DNA of 64,000 bases from Camelus dromedarius (Eukaryota): positions 44,084,001-44,148,000 of the forward strand of contig NC_087447.1 in the NCBI RefSeq assembly GCF_036321535.1. Direction: 5' to 3'. Under the pieces are notes generated by a model. It did no database searches. It had not been told where the DNA came from and worked only from the letters and a program-made list of their open reading frames with translations. A program made the translations under genes and the position numbers. This document shows positions 13,501 to 29,325 of the stretch, piece by piece (position 1 is the first letter of the stretch; each line of letters starts with the position of its first letter).

Positions 13501-16374
13501 CTAAAGAAAAAAAAAGAGGTAATTCACCTGGAACTTATCTTGGACTATAATGACAGGATATATAAATTTTTTTTCCAAACAACCTAGCCAATTAAGTCAC
13601 CACTACTTATGGAATTACTCACTCTTTCCCACCAATTTGCACACTTTCATAGATTTGGATACACTTTTGGCCTTTCCAACTGCATATAATGCTCATTATC
13701 TGATCGGATGAAGACTTCCAGTTGCCTCTATTTCATTTTCATTATATCCTGAAGAAAGGCAGCACCCAGCCAGAAGCCACTGGCCCTGGAGCTCAAGGCA
13801 GATACAAGGAAGGAAACATGAAGCCACAATCCTTAAGCTTTTGGTGCCCTCTAGTGAGCTGTCTTCATGGGTTATCCTCTGTTCAGAGTCAGAAAACACT
13901 TTCTCCTAGCCAGCTTCTTAATGGACTAGGGCAATTATTTAAATATAAAAAACAAATTAAGCCTCATCATGTACAGGATGGCCCTCTGCCTCCGACCTTC
14001 CCCTGCAGTCCATCTTTCAGATGCCAGGGATACAACAGTCAAATGTCATAAAACAGCTGACATCACCACTCCTATCTTCAGAAGTTTCAACGGCTTCCAA
14101 TTGGCAATGGAATAACGTACATGTAAATTAGTAGAGAGGGAAATAAAAACCAACAAAGATGAGGAAACCCCTCAAATTCACTACAGATGAAACAAATGGA
14201 TCTAGCTGTATCTAAAGTGGGTAACATAACACACTACAGAGGACCTTCTTTGTTTCAGGGAAACCTTGAAATTCACATCCTCCGAAAAGCCCTCCTCTAG
14301 TCAGAATTCACTTGCTCCCTCAGCACACTGACCACACCTACCTCATAGCACTCATCTCTCTCCATTTTGCACTCTAGGTAGTTTAATGCGGGACAACCTG
14401 TCACCCACCTTAGACCATGAATGCCTTAAGAGTAAAGACAGTATCTGGTTCACCTCAGACTCAGACAGCCCTGCCACCTTTAAGAAGAATGACTTTCTCT
14501 GTTGAAAGGGACCCTGAGATTTTAAAGAGGGTATCAGGGCATATGCAGCTCATTCCAGAGTATTAATCCAGACAATCCATGCCTGTTTCCTAGTTTCTAC
14601 ATTTTACCTGTTCATTTTCTTATTAGTTTGACCTCAAACTGATCTCATATTCTCTGCCTTCCTTATTTGTGGATCCACATTTTGGTATTCCTAATTTCTG
14701 CTCTCCTGTTAATCAACTGTAAGGTGTGCCTTTGTAAGTTAGTATGTTAGTGATTCATCTGTGTACCTTCACTCATTTGGACAGCTTAAACTTTCAGCAA
14801 AAACTATGTTAATGTCAAAAAGACTAGTAACAAGAAAAACACAGTCTGTTTACTGACAACTTACTATGTGCTACATGCTTTAATGTATTGTCTCACTTAA
14901 CTTTCACAGAAATCTAGTTTATTTGTCCTTCACTCCTCAATCATCACTTCCTTAAGGATGCATTCTCTGATGTGCTATACTACACCAAACCTTTATTAAA
15001 TATAGCATCTCGTAGCACTATGCGTCTCTTTCATAGTGGTTACCATAGTTAAAATTTTACACTTTTCACCCAAGTCTATCTTCCCTTTTGAACATTAATT
15101 CCTTTGAGGATTAATACTATCTACTGTTGTTCACCAGTGTCTCTGTTGCTTAGCTAAGCCATCAGGATTAACTTGTCTAAAACTAATCCCCGGCAGAGTG
15201 GCCTTCCACAAAACACTGGCCTTATGCAAAGTTCAATGGAAACTGGTGAAGGTCCAGTTTTTAAGGCAATCGATCATGGCCAGCTGCACAGCTTGGACAA
15301 CAGTAGCTCTTTACAGAAAAGAGCTAATGCTTCCCCAGTCATGAAAGCTGATGTAGTAAATTCTGCCACTAGTTTGCCATCATGCAGCTTCAATTGCAAG
15401 ACTTTTACCTCAGCCCCCTAACACCTTATAAGAGGTGTGAGTCACAGTAACACCTTTGCAGCCCCACTCATATTCTACTGTCTCTGCTTTCTCCCATCCT
15501 TGACAGCTGGGCTGGCCAAAAACCTCCACCAGGGGTCTCAGTGTCCTCTTAACCAGTCTGAAGTAAGGCAGATTTATTATCAAGGCCTCAATTTCTTCAA
15601 GCCCCAACCATGAGCAGTGAATGACAAGAGGGTTAAAGCTAAGGTTCTTTCATGACACACTGCAAGTGTACCCTAACCCCTAATTATTCCTGGGTAGAGG
15701 CTGGCACTTCCTATACTGTAAAACTCAAAAGCCCCAGAGCCCAAATGTAGGAGTTCTCTCCCAAAGCTGATGTCTAATCCTGCTGAATTTCTGTGCATTC
15801 CCCTAGAATGCATCTGGGTAACCACCAACTGCTCCTGCTCTGTCTCTGTGAATCCTCCTTAATTCAGCAGCCAAGTACAGGTGCTGCTGTGCTGTTTGCC
15901 TTGCTAGCATGAAATCAGCAGTGCTTGATATACAGCAGGTACTCGATAAATATCAGCTCAACATTGGATCTAACACGTGAATGGAGGGGTGTACAAACAA
16001 CCTCACGAGGTGAGCACTCTTATCTCTATCCTAGAGGTAAGGGAAACAAAGCAGAGAGTGATGAAGTAACCTGACCAGTAACACACAGTTAGTGAATGAT
16101 GGGTGTAGGATCTGAATTCCGGTCTACTAGATTTCATGCCATTTATTCTGAATCACTACACTCTGCTGCAACCCAGGGACTTCCCTAGGTGCACAGGCCC
16201 AGCAAGTCAATTGTAAATAACTATAATGGCAGCCACACTTTAAAAAATCTAGGCACTGTGCTAGCGAGTTTATCCATGAGGTGATGTCTAAGCCAATTAT
16301 ACCAGAGTGATCATCCTGAACTCTACGAGATTTGAAGGAATCAGGGTTTTCTTTTGTCTTTTGGTCTCTCACTT

Positions 16375-16640
16375 CTTAAAAATTGAAACACAGCTGATGC
16401 ACAATATTATGTTAGTTTCAGGTGTACTACACAGTGATTTGACACTTGCATACATTATGAAATGATCACCAAGATAAGTCTAATGGCCATCTGTCCCCTT
16501 ACAACATTAGTACTATATTACTGACCGCACTGTTTATGCTGCATGTTACATCCCTGTGCTTATTTATTTTATTACTGGAGGCTTGTACCTCTTAATTCTC
16601 TTAGGCTGTTTCACCCCTACCCACTCACTTCCCTGAAGGA
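16375..16640 (-). mobile_element. L1 3' end (L1MA-type)
   Basis: 'aattgaaacacagctgatgcacaatattatgttagtttcaggtgtactacacagtgatttgac...aaatgatcacc'. Confidence 0.75.
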
Positions 16641-18389
16641 ATCAAGGTCCTGATAATAACATACATCTGCCTCACTTCAGACTAGTTAGGAATGGGACAC
16701 TGCACCTGCTGATGGAAGTTCTCCGTCACCTTAGCTATCAAGAAGTGGAGACGGCAGAGGCAGCAGAATATAAATCAGGGCTGTAGAGTCAAATACATCT
16801 CCCAAACTTCAAGGTGGGTGAATATAGTTTGAATAAATACAGTAAAACTCTCACGTTGAACTTTTCTGAAGACTCCTAGTACATAAGCAATTTTTCCAGT
16901 CAGTGGCAATGATAAAACTGGAAAGGAAAACCATGCTACTGCTGCGCGTAGAACGCTGTGGGACAACCGCTTAATGATCCTCACTCATCCCAGGCACTGT
17001 GCTGTGTGCTTTATATGCCTTATCTTACTTTAAACTTTCAAAAATCTTATGAGATGATTGTCGCCATTTGCACATGGGAAAAAAACCAAAAGTCAAAAAA
17101 AAATTTTTAAGAAAATTGCCCAGGCCACATAAATAACAGAAATGAGGACTCATATATATGACCAAAAGATTACCTCTCTACTGTAGCAAGGAGCCTCCAA
17201 ACATTAATGGGGAAGTGAGAGTATTTTTTTCCTAATTTCTTCCCTAAAACTTTCATAACACATCCTCAGCTTTTTCGTTCTCCTTGAATATTTTAGTAAG
17301 TATGAGAGTGGATCAACATCGCTCTGTAGTTCCTCAAGACTTAGTTTATTTTTGGTACTCGATACCCATGTTCAATGTCACACACAAAATATGTGGACTC
17401 AGAATCACCTTGAAAGAGTTCTGTGAAAGAAACTGCTTCAGAAACATCATTGCAAACATAGAGATTCTGAGAGGAATTCCCACCACCACTGGATTTCACA
17501 TGGGCACAACCAAAGCAACACAGTCTGATTCTGTCTGGTGAGTTCGTGAATATGCCCCAAAGAGAACGTAACTGTCCCCAGGCAAGGGGAATAGCCCTGA
17601 GCTATTCACCTACAGGAAATAAGTCTACCTCCAGCATCTAAGAGAACCCCAGGATTCAAGATGCAATCAGAGATGGAAGACGTTCAGGCCTCACCTGGTG
17701 GAGAAAAACTCAGCAATGCTGTCAGTTGCCACGTGGACAGTTTGGATGCTCCTGGAACCCTGTTTCGGATAGAAGGAATGTGGAGAAGGGGGTCTCAGGA
17801 ATAGGTTGAGACAAGGACGGAGATAAAAGGATTTGGCTATGAGATGCACATCCCTTAAATTATACCCAGTGAGTAAGTCCTGTGAAACGAGGATAATTCT
17901 GTTTCTCATGTAGGTGATTATAAACGAGTTCTCATTTGACTAGCTCTCTTGCATATTTTCCTACAAAGATAGCTCTAATACATTAATTTCCACTAAGGAA
18001 ATATCTAGTCTGTTATAGATGTACATGAGAAATCCACAGCCTTTGTAAGCTATGATCTCTTGAGCTCATTTAAGCTTTATTTCCAAATGTTTGCATCTTA
18101 CTTTTTTAAAAAGTTACTAATAGTTTCCATAGCCATGAGACTACTCTTTAGAAATAACTACTCTGTTAACCGGGAAAAGGTTTTCATCGCTATTGTACTT
18201 CAAAAAGAGTATCAAAGGGAAAACTGTATTTTCATCTGAGATATAGTTCTCAGATATAACAGTTTTATGCTTGCAGTTACCGAGAGCTAGCTATGAACAC
18301 AGTCTAGAATAGGAATGGTCTATGAACTGAGTCCAACAGAATAAGGCATCACCCACAAAGAGAGAACAAAGCCTGTTGCTTAAAATCCA

Positions 18390-19900
18390 TCTTTTTAAAA
18401 GAGATAAAACATTACAAATTCAGCTGAAGCCCACACCTCATCCCATCTTCCTCTCTTCCTTACACTAAATATCCTTATTGTTGTGTGCTCTATCCAATCA
18501 TATTTTTGTTCTTTTTGTTACACCTGTATTTATGCAATTTGCCCTTTTTTCACCCAACAAATATTTTGGTATTTACCTATGTCGATACATGTGGATCTGG
18601 TTGATTCACATTAGCTTCTACATTGAATTTCACTGAATGCACCTCAGTTGATCCACTCCAGCAGGCTGTTTCTACTTTCTAATGTTCAAAGAGTGCTGTA
18701 AGGACCAATCTTGTGCATATCTCCGTGTGTACATGTGCAAATTTCTCTAGGTCCTCTCCTTGAAGCAGATTTTCTGGGTCGAAGGTATACACCCTCCAAC
18801 TTTACCAGGCATTGCCAAAATTACTTCCAAAGTGGTTGCCATTTTATACATATATCAGAAAGGTATGAGTTCTTTTGCCCACTTTTTTTTGTGTTTTTTT
18901 CTTTCTTATTGATTTCTAAGTATTCTTTGAAAATTATTTCAATGAAAATAAATTCTTCCAATCTATGGTTGATAGTTCACTTTACCAATGTCTTTTATCA
19001 CACACAAAAATTCTTAATAATAATGTGGAAAACTATTATCATTTTCCTCCTAGGTTTGTACTTTTTATCTTAAAAAGAAACTCTCTACCTCAGTGTGATA
19101 TATTACTTTATTTTCCTCTAAGTGTTTGAAATTTTTTTCCTCTTCACATTTTTATCTTCAAACCAACTAGAATGTATTTTTGTTTATGCTGTGAGTCAGG
19201 GAATCTCATTTTATTGTTTTGCAAAGATAGCCATTAAAGGAAATCCATCCTTTTACCAATGACTTCTAAAGCTGTCAACATAATTTTTCACATACAAGTC
19301 AGCCTCTTTCTAGGCTCACTATTGTGACTACTGGTCTATCTTGGTCGATGTCCCACAGCTTAAATTGCTTGAATTTTCTAGTAAATCTTGATATCTGGTA
19401 GGGTTAAGTCCTTTCTAATTTTTCTCTCTCTCTCTTTTTTAAATTGCTTTGGCTCTTCTTGCTCTTTATTCCACCATGTAAGTTTTAGGATTAGCTAAAC
19501 CTCCCATTAGTGTCTTTTTAAAAAATCTGTTTCTTAATAATTTGTTGGTATTGAAAGGAAGCTATTGATATTTCTTTTTTCAGCTTTGTGGTTGATTGGC
19601 CAAATCTTTTATTTAGCATTCCATCGCTGATCAATACAATATATGGTGTTACTGGGAAAGAGAGGAGGGAGATCTGTGGAAAAAAATCATGTTGTAACTT
19701 CATTTGAAGTTGTACTGATTTTCCAAATTAATTTGCTAAGGTTGAGAACAGTTATGATAAAGTCTTCCCAACCATAACATGACAAGTCTCCATTTATTTA
19801 GGCTTCTTTTATGTCCTTTAATAATGGTTAATAATTTTTCCATAAAGGTCTTACACATATTTGCTAGAGTAATTCCTAGATTTTTTTTTTTTGAGCTATT
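18390..19900 (-). mobile_element. Highly degraded L1 (L1ME-like) fragments
   Basis: T-rich antisense L1 text such as 'cattgccaaaattacttccaaagtggttgcc' and 'gtctccatttatttaggcttctttt'. Confidence 0.6.
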
Positions 19901-20679
19901 TCTTGCATTTGGTCTTCTCGGCCACTAATGCAGCCTCTCCTGTAAATCACCTACTAATAATTTTGTAAAAGAAATCATGTTTTTAGAGTCATGTATGTGC
20001 GTTACACTTAAGACTTTCTTTAGGTAATTTTTGTTGTTGTTCAGGTGTTCATCTGTTTCCTCCAGCAGTTTATACACCAAACATGAGTCCTAATTTTTTT
20101 TTTTTACCTGATCCTTCTTTCTTTGGTTGTTTTGAGACCCCTGACTGTACAGTTACCTTCCTTTCAGATAAACAGGGGGGAGTCCACAGGTGCTGAATGG
20201 AAAAGATGTCTCTTGCCCTGAGTTTGGGATGAAGAGAGGAGACTCTCATATCCTTCCTGAGGCACTCTGAAGGAAGCCTCTATGATCTCTGCTCAAGCCC
20301 TTCTCCCTAAGAGTATGGACCACTTAACGCACGTTCTTGCCTTTTGTGGACAGGAAGACCCAGGATGTCATACCAGGTTGAGATCCTCAGATGCTGAAAA
20401 GCTCTCAGAGCGGATTCTCTGAGTTTCTGAGCTCTAATGATGCTCACTTCTGATTTCTCCACTCCTAAGGGAAGAAGCCCAGTTCTCCACAGGAGCCAGC
20501 AGCTGGCTCTAGAGCCAAGGGCAAGGAGTTTGGAGTTAGGAATGGAAGCCATTTGATCCCCAAATCCACCATTGATATATTTTCTACTTGTTTCTTAATA
20601 CTTTTTAGGTGGTGAAAATAAGTGGTATTAATGTTGGAGAAGGGGGAGTTTTGCAGCTTTGCAGTTGGCCAGCCAAATC

Positions 20680-20685
20680 TTTAAT
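20680..20685 (-). promoter_or_regulatory. Candidate RBMXL2 polyadenylation signal (ATTAAA)
   Basis: Minus strand reads GAATACTAA-ATTAAA-GATTTGGC about 700 nt after the stop, where similarity to the remembered RBMX 3' UTR ends. Confidence 0.55.
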
Positions 20686-21369
20686 TTAGTATTCCATCCT
20701 TATTCAACACACGAATGGTATTTTTGGGAGCAAGGGAACAGGAGATTCTGCAGATTTCCAAAGAAAATGGCAAAAGGCAAAATATGGCCAGGATTCTCCA
20801 TTTGCTTTTTTTAGATCTACTGAAGGAATAGAATTTTCTTTATATATGCATCTGATCTAAGTGGTTTTTGTTGGTATTTCTGTCCGTTGTTTTTTTAACA
20901 TGGGCAACACTAAGATTCAGTTGAAAGACACCTTGAAATCTTATAGGAGTAGCATACACCAATCCCTCCCACTCTCCCCCCAAAATCTGGTTGGTTTGAA
21001 TGGACAGAATGATCCAATTGTCCACTTTAGGTGGTCAGATGTTTGTAAAAGATCTGAGACCTTTTGGCCTCACTGATCAGGAAAATTTAGAAGGAAGGAA
21101 GCCTTTAGGAGACTCTACTTGGAAACACAAGAAGACGAATACGCAGGTTCAAGTCGTATGCTTTTAAATGAGCTTGTTGAAAGAAACGTTAACAATTCCA
21201 AAACGAAATGAAACGAGTTTTAACTTTTTCCTCGCAAAAGCACAAAAAATTGTGGAGAGGAAGTTAACAGGACATTCTTAAAAGGTAAAAACAACTCTTC
21301 CTTGTACTAGTCCTCTGGTAGTTACCACAGAACCGGCTCTTCTTTTCGGGCGCTTCTGAGAAAGGATTT

Positions 21370-22896
<1,527 letters not shown>

Positions 22897-23449
22897 TTAA
22901 GTTCTTCAGTTCACTCCTGAAAGCACAGATGCAAAATGAGAAGTCGTTAGGTTAAAAAAAAATTCCCCCCCATTGTTCTTCCTGAGAGGAATTTTAATAC
23001 ATTACAATCCAAGTTACCGAAACCACATTCAGACGGAAAAATTAACTGAAAAATGAAATAATGGCAATTTAAAAGTTTTAAAATGCAGTTTGTATGTAGT
23101 GTATTAAGAATAAGATTTTTTGCATTGCCGAACGGGGAGAGAGAACTTGGTAAGTGTGGAATAGGAAGATGAGGGAGTCATTCTTTGTACCATCTTTCCC
23201 TTCTGCATCGTTTTCTTCCATTTTTCAACTTTCAAAGGCCTCATGGTTATGTAGTGTTGGAACTGCCCTTTAAGCTAAACATTGAAACAGAAAGTCACTT
23301 GAGGGACAAAATAAAGACGAAATGTAAAAGCACTTGGACCCTCTGGAAACAGGCATACCTCAGAAAAACAAAACATTTGGGGGTCATTCAGGCAAATTAC
23401 ACAATTCAGATTTGTTCCTCACGATATTTTCTGAATGGAAGTAAGTGTG

Positions 23450-24900
23450 ACGAGTAAATGGGTGAACCATCTTTCCCTGAGATTGTAATGTCTAAAGACA
23501 TCTTTTTAAAAAACTATCTTTACTCAGTGCTGTTTGTGCATGTATATATTTACTTATGTTATATTGTTTGCTGCAATAACCATATAACATTGAAAAAGGT
23601 AGTGAAAGCAGGTGTTTTTACGTTTTGATTTTAATAGCGAATCTTTTAAGGTTTTGAGATTTTTAGCATGCATGAATGGAAGTAAAGTTTAAATGCATCA
23701 GTTCATGTGATGAACTGCAGTAACAGATTTTTATTATTAAATAATTACTATATTTCTAAGGTAAACTTGTTTGGGATGTATTCATTCTTAATTATATTAA
23801 CGATTTTTGTTTGCTCATACTTAGAAATTTTACATTTCTGAGCGTAAAAGGTATCAGCCAATACTTTTTTTCCCCCATACTGAGTGGAGATTTCTCCTAA
23901 ATTTCTTCTAGTTTCAGTCTATTCAGAGTTTTAAAAATTTCTTCTTGACTTGGTCTTTGGAAGATATACTTTTTTCTGGGAGTTATCCTTTTTACTTTAA
24001 CTTCAAATTTTATCAATAGCCATGTCCTGTTTTGCTTTCTCTTTTTTGTGACCAGTGTTACCAGAATTTGTTTATATTTTCAAAATACAAGCCTTTTTCT
24101 TTGCTGATCCTCTGTATTTTATTTGCTGCTATTGTCTTTTTTTCCCCTTCTTTCCATATTCTTTTGATTTAGAATTTGTGTTATTTTTGTCCTGGTTAGG
24201 TGAGACACAGTGCATTAAGAGTTTTTAAAAAAAAACATTTCTTCTACTTGTATCTAAGTTTAAAATTTATTCTCAATGTATTTACTAGTTAACAGCATGT
24301 CCTGAGCTGGTACATGGTGTTTTCATTGTTGTTTAGTTCCTAACATTTTCTCATTTTTCGTTTTCTTGACTCACGAAGAATTTTTAAAATTTTCAAACAT
24401 GTATTTCTGATTTTTCTTTAACTTGCTCTATACGATCCATTCATTGGTGTCTGCTGAGACTTGCTTTGTGACCTAACACACATGTGTGTTTGTATGTGTA
24501 TTTTTTTTATGTGTGTCTGATGTTCCATAGATGCTTGAGAAGTGTGTTCTCTAAATATTTGGGTAGAATTCTTTCCTTACATAGTGATGTTCAAGTCTTC
24601 CTTATCCTAACTTATTTTTTATTTGATAGAGTTGTCACTGAGAACTGTTTTAAAATCCCCTAATTGTGGATTTGTCAATTTCTCTTTATTTTTATGTCCA
24701 TTTTTGCTTCATGTAATTTAAGATTATATTGTTAGATATGTAAAAATTAAGAATTGCTATGTGAATGCCTTTATTATGTAATGATTCTCATTATTCATAA
24801 TATTTTTACCTTAATTTGTTTTGTCCAATACTTATATAGCTCAGTATTTTTCAGATTTTTTTCTGCCAGCTTAGTGTACGCTGCCTGTTAACTATGCCTT
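23450..24900 (-). mobile_element. Degraded L1 fragments
   Basis: Antisense L1 text, e.g. 'ctgagacttgctttgtgacctaac', 'taattgtggatttgtcaatttctct'. Confidence 0.6.
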
Positions 24901-24979
24901 TCTTGCCTTTTTCCCGTCTTTCTTGCTTTCTCTTGTATCACAGGGTTTGTCTTCATTCATTTCTCTAATAATGCGGACA

Positions 24980-26680
24980 CAGTCTTATGAGTGGGTAAAA
25001 TGGCCAGTGGTCCCAAGGGTCTGGGACTCCTTGACAAGGGAGGCTCATGCATTATGGTATCAAAACTAGAGCTGCAATTAGATTGAGAGAATATAGAAAT
25101 GTAAGGATTGATAGGATTTAAGTGGAAGTTGAGAATGTTTAAACATGTAATGCTTTACATGATGTGATTGGGTCTGTCTCTTTTACTTGAATGAATTATG
25201 TGGATGGACATTGCATTGTAAAACACAAGGCATGTAAATTCACCTTTCAGGCAATATTAGTTGGACATGGTCAATGGGAACAAACAAGATCGCCTGAGCC
25301 CACACAGTACAGGATAAAACCTTGAGTGCTGGTATCGAGTGAATTCTCTCTACCATAGACCTATCTGGAATGTATACTGGGGCTAATAGCAGAAGCCTGT
25401 GAACGCCTCACAGAACTGACTGGAGAATTTCCATTTGAGGGGCAGTTACTAGCTTGCTGTTGGACACTGTCCCTATGACTGAAGGACATAAAATAATCTT
25501 ATCACCTCATACCCATTAGTATGGTTACTATCAAAAAAAGAAAGGAAGAAAGAAAGAAAGACCAGAAGAACAAATGTTGAGCAGGATGTGGAGAAACTGG
25601 AACACTTGTGCATTATTGGTGGGAATGTAAAATGGTGCAGCTACTATGGGAAACAGCACAGTGGTTCTTCAAAAAAAATAAAAATAGAATTACCATATGA
25701 TTCAGCAATCTACTTTTGGGTATATCTACAAAAGAATTGAGTCTCAGATATTTTACATCCATGTTCATAGTAGCACTACTTACAATAGCCAAGACATGGA
25801 AGCAATTTAAATGTCCATAGACAGATGATTGGATAAAGAAGTTGTGAGATACAAACATATACACACACATACACACATATTTATCATACATATTTATATG
25901 CCATTTGCAGCAACATGGATGGACCTAGAGATTATCATATAAGTAAAGTAAATCAGACAGAAAGACAAATACATCACTTACATGTGGAATCTAAAACAAT
26001 GACACAAATGAACTTATTTACAAAAATAGAAAGAGACATAGAAGACAAACTTATGGGTACTAAAGGGGAAGGGAGGACATAAATTAGGAGTTTGAGATTA
26101 GATACAAACTAGAATAGACAAACAACAGGTCCTACTGTACAGCGCAGGGAACTACATTCAATAGCTTGTAATAACCTATAATGCAAAAGAGTATATATCT
26201 ATATATGTATAACTGAATCACTTGTTGTACATCAGATATTAACACAGCATTTAAATCAACTATACTTCAGTTCTAAAAAAGAACCATTATAGTACGTATT
26301 GCACTAATTTGGATCACCAGGTGACATTTCTTCAGACCAAGGAACATCCTTTACAGCCCCTATTGTAAAGAGATGGACAGGGAGCTCTCCTGCTTAGATA
26401 ATAGTCTGGTAGAGAGTTGGAATGGACAGTTAAAACATCGGTTGTCTAAAGGGCTAGATATAGTTACGAAGGGCTGGCTTGCACATCTTCATGAGTGTGC
26501 ACACACACACACGAGTGGGGCTAAGGAGTGTCCTCACTAGAGTCCTTGTCTTTTTACTGGTGGATCTGGGATGGAGGAGGATGCTAGTAAGACTATGCAG
26601 TTTTTCCCACAGGGGGGATGACTGATGACTATAATTTTTTCTTTCTTTCCCACATCACCTCACCTTTCTTTTTCTTACAT
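24980..26680 (+). mobile_element. ERV-L-like internal (pol/integrase) remnant interrupted by L1
   Basis: 26308-26450 translates (with a frameshift/deletion) as FGSPGDISSDQGTSFTAPIVKRW...NSLVESWNGQLKHRLSK, the integrase core SDQG(T)xFT and ExWNGxLK motifs. The 24980-25500 assignment is less certain. Confidence 0.6.
25501..26280 (+). mobile_element. L1 3' portion ending in a cetartiodactyl-type L1 3' UTR
   Basis: 'ggatgtggagaaactggaac...gggaatgtaaaatggtgcagc', 'gcaacatggatggacctagagattatcat', 'cagggaactacattcaatagcttgtaataacctataatg...aatcaactatacttca'. Confidence 0.9.
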
Positions 26681-27869
26681 GTGATGAAATATGTATCTAT
26701 CATTCATTTCTTACAATGATTTATAGCAAGTGCCCACTTTGGAGAAATTCATTTCTGGCCCTTTTTAGGGAAGGGCCTTCACAGATTGGGACACTGGTGA
26801 TTATTATGAGTCGTGAAACTGACCAAGCAGCAAAGATCTGGGAACTACAAGAGAAAGGAGAACCCAGGACAGCAAGTAACGAGAGCAGTCGCAGCCTCAA
26901 AGCTCTGTCTGGGGTTCTGCTTTCTCTGGTATGGAGACCAGGGTTGGGGTCGCCTCCTTTCCAGGCATGCCCACGCTCCTACCTGGCGCCCTAAGCCGAG
27001 TTCTGACCGCACCTGTCTTAGGGACAAAGACCGGCACCCACTGAGACGCCAGCCCGGCCAGTGGTGCCCGCCCCTCCCTACCTACAGCTAGCACCAACCT
27101 GCTCCCGTGGGGCGGCTAAAGCCTGCTGAGCTCCTTTCCTCAACTACCTAGGATCCAGGGACTCCCACTGGATGTGGATGCTGCGATTCCAGAAGCCTCC
27201 GGAGAGCTGGCTGTTCCTGGAGCAGTCTCCCAAACTGTGGGAGTCAGTGGGTTTTCCTGTGCTAAAAAGATCACCTGCTTCATTGAGTTGCTGGGAAGCT
27301 GGAAAGTAATGCAGATGTTCCCAGGAGGAGTAGGATATTTTTGCTTTCATTCATTTACTGAGAAATCTGTTAGTGGTAGGAAGGAAACACGGTGGTGCTT
27401 CATTAGGAAATGGGGAGAAGGTGCTGGTACTTAGAGTGCTCAGCATCGGGGAGGATGTGATAGTGAAACTGCAGTCTGTAGATGATCCAGAGCTGGCTCT
27501 GTGAAGAGTGGAAGAGCAGAGCAGGCAGTGAGCACCTGCTCTATGGCAGGCACTGTAGGTGAAGGAGATTCTGAAGGTGATGACAAATAGTAAAGGGGGC
27601 TGTTAAACGACTAATCACATCTGAAAGACAAAAGTACTAACATGTGAGCTCATAGTCTTTCTTTCCCCTTGTTGCTATAAAGGAACCCATTAGTTTTCAC
27701 CCTGTCCTCTGTTCTTAAAGAAGTATCAATATTTGCTGAGAGAAGATTTGTGATGATAAAGTAATGAAGACTAAGGCAGGAAGAGAAAAATATTACAGAG
27801 GGAACAATATATGCAAAGGAAAACAGACACAATGATAAGCTAATCAGTGTTTTTCTGTTTGAAAGTACT

Positions 27870-28185
27870 GTTGTCGACCTGGAGACTGGCGTGCTAAGTA
27901 AGCCAGAAAGAGAAAGAAAAATACTATATGATATCACTCATATGTGGAATCTTTAAAAATAAAGACACAAATGAACATATTTACAAAACACAGACAGACT
28001 CACAGACACAGAAAATAAGCTTATGGTTACCAGGGGGAAACAGAGAGGGTGGGGAGGGATAAATTGGGAGTTCAGGATTTGCAGATACTAACTACTATAT
28101 ATAAAATAGATAAACAAAAATAGCATAGCATGGGGAACTATATTCAATAGCTTGTAATAACCTATAATGAAAAAGAATATGTATA
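27870..28185 (+). mobile_element. Cetartiodactyl-type L1 3' UTR fragment
   Basis: 'gatatcactcatatgtggaatct...acaaatgaac...ttatggttaccagggg...gggataaattgggagtt'; same family as 25900-26280 and 59385-59845. Confidence 0.9.
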
Positions 28186-28459
28186 AAGGTTTACACTGTG
28201 TTTAGGGGTCAAAAGATGAGGCTGAATGTAAGCATTAGAGGTGGAAGGAGGGGGAAAACAGACTTGAGCATTTTTTGTGTTTTGTTTTTACAGAAAATTA
28301 CATTGAAAGTGGTGTGGAAAATACAGTAGAATTCAGTAAGAGAAGCCAGGAGACCAGACAGGAAATGATGATTTAAAGAAGCTGTAGTAGGAGACTGAAA
28401 AGAAGTCTTTTCAACCTAGTTTTTCATTATAATTTTCTCTTGCATTCTATGTCGTATTG

Positions 28460-29325
28460 ATGATAGAAGGTATGATACGTGTTTTCTCCCCACACCACCA
28501 AGCAATTAACTCCATTCTCCTCAGATGAGACCAGCTGTCGCACAGATTTAACTCAGTTCCGACACTGTCTGCCTGGAGATAGCATCGGATCCTGTAGGTT
28601 AAAGTGCTCCCACTTCAGATGCTAGTCACAAGTCCAAGTTGTTAACTGTGCATCTGATCAACTGACTATAAATCTGAGGTTTCCAAGACCCCCTCCTGAG
28701 GTTCAATTAATTTGCTAGAGCGGCTCACAGGACTCAGGAAGGTAGTTTACTTTACTTACTAGGTTACCGATTTATTACAAATGACAATAAAGGATACGAA
28801 TGAACAGCCAGACGAAGAGATACATATGGCAACGTCCTGAACAGCAAGAGCTTCTGTCCCCAAGGAGTTTGGAGCCTGGCAGGTGGATATGTTCTGGTTT
28901 ACCATTCTGGAAGCTCTCCAGACCCCTCCGTTTGGGTTTTAATGGAGGCCGCAGCACACAGGCATGATTGATTAAATCACGGGCCATTGGTGATTGACTC
29001 AACCTCCAGCCGCACCCCATCCCTGGTGTTAGGAGGTATGACTGAAAGTTCCAACTCTTTAATTGGTTGGTTTCCCTGGTAACCAGCCCCCCATCCTTAA
29101 GGGATTTCCAACAGTCACCGCAATAACATTAACTCAAGTGTGGTTGAGAGGGGGTTGTTATGAGTTACCCATTTCACCTGTATGGCTCTGAAGCAATTTC
29201 AGAAACTGAGGACAAAATTAAAATATTAGAACAAAAGATGCTACCATTGCTCTTATTAGGAAATCCCAAGGGTTTTTGTGTGGCGAGCCAGGAACAAAAT
29301 TTATTTTATTATAAATCACAACACC
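28460..29325 (-). mobile_element. MER21-like solo LTR
   Basis: Minus strand starts 'tgttgtgatttataataaa...ttcctggc...aaaacccttgggatttcct'; plus strand has 'aattaatttgctagagcggctcacagga' and 'ttttctccccacacc', matching the remembered MER21 consensus. Confidence 0.75.

Noticed and set aside
1077..20552. Numerous 60-120 aa ORFs in the intergenic left third
   Set aside because: They lie in repeats or random sequence, often with non-ATG starts, and show no domain-like content or consistent splice structure that I could recognise.
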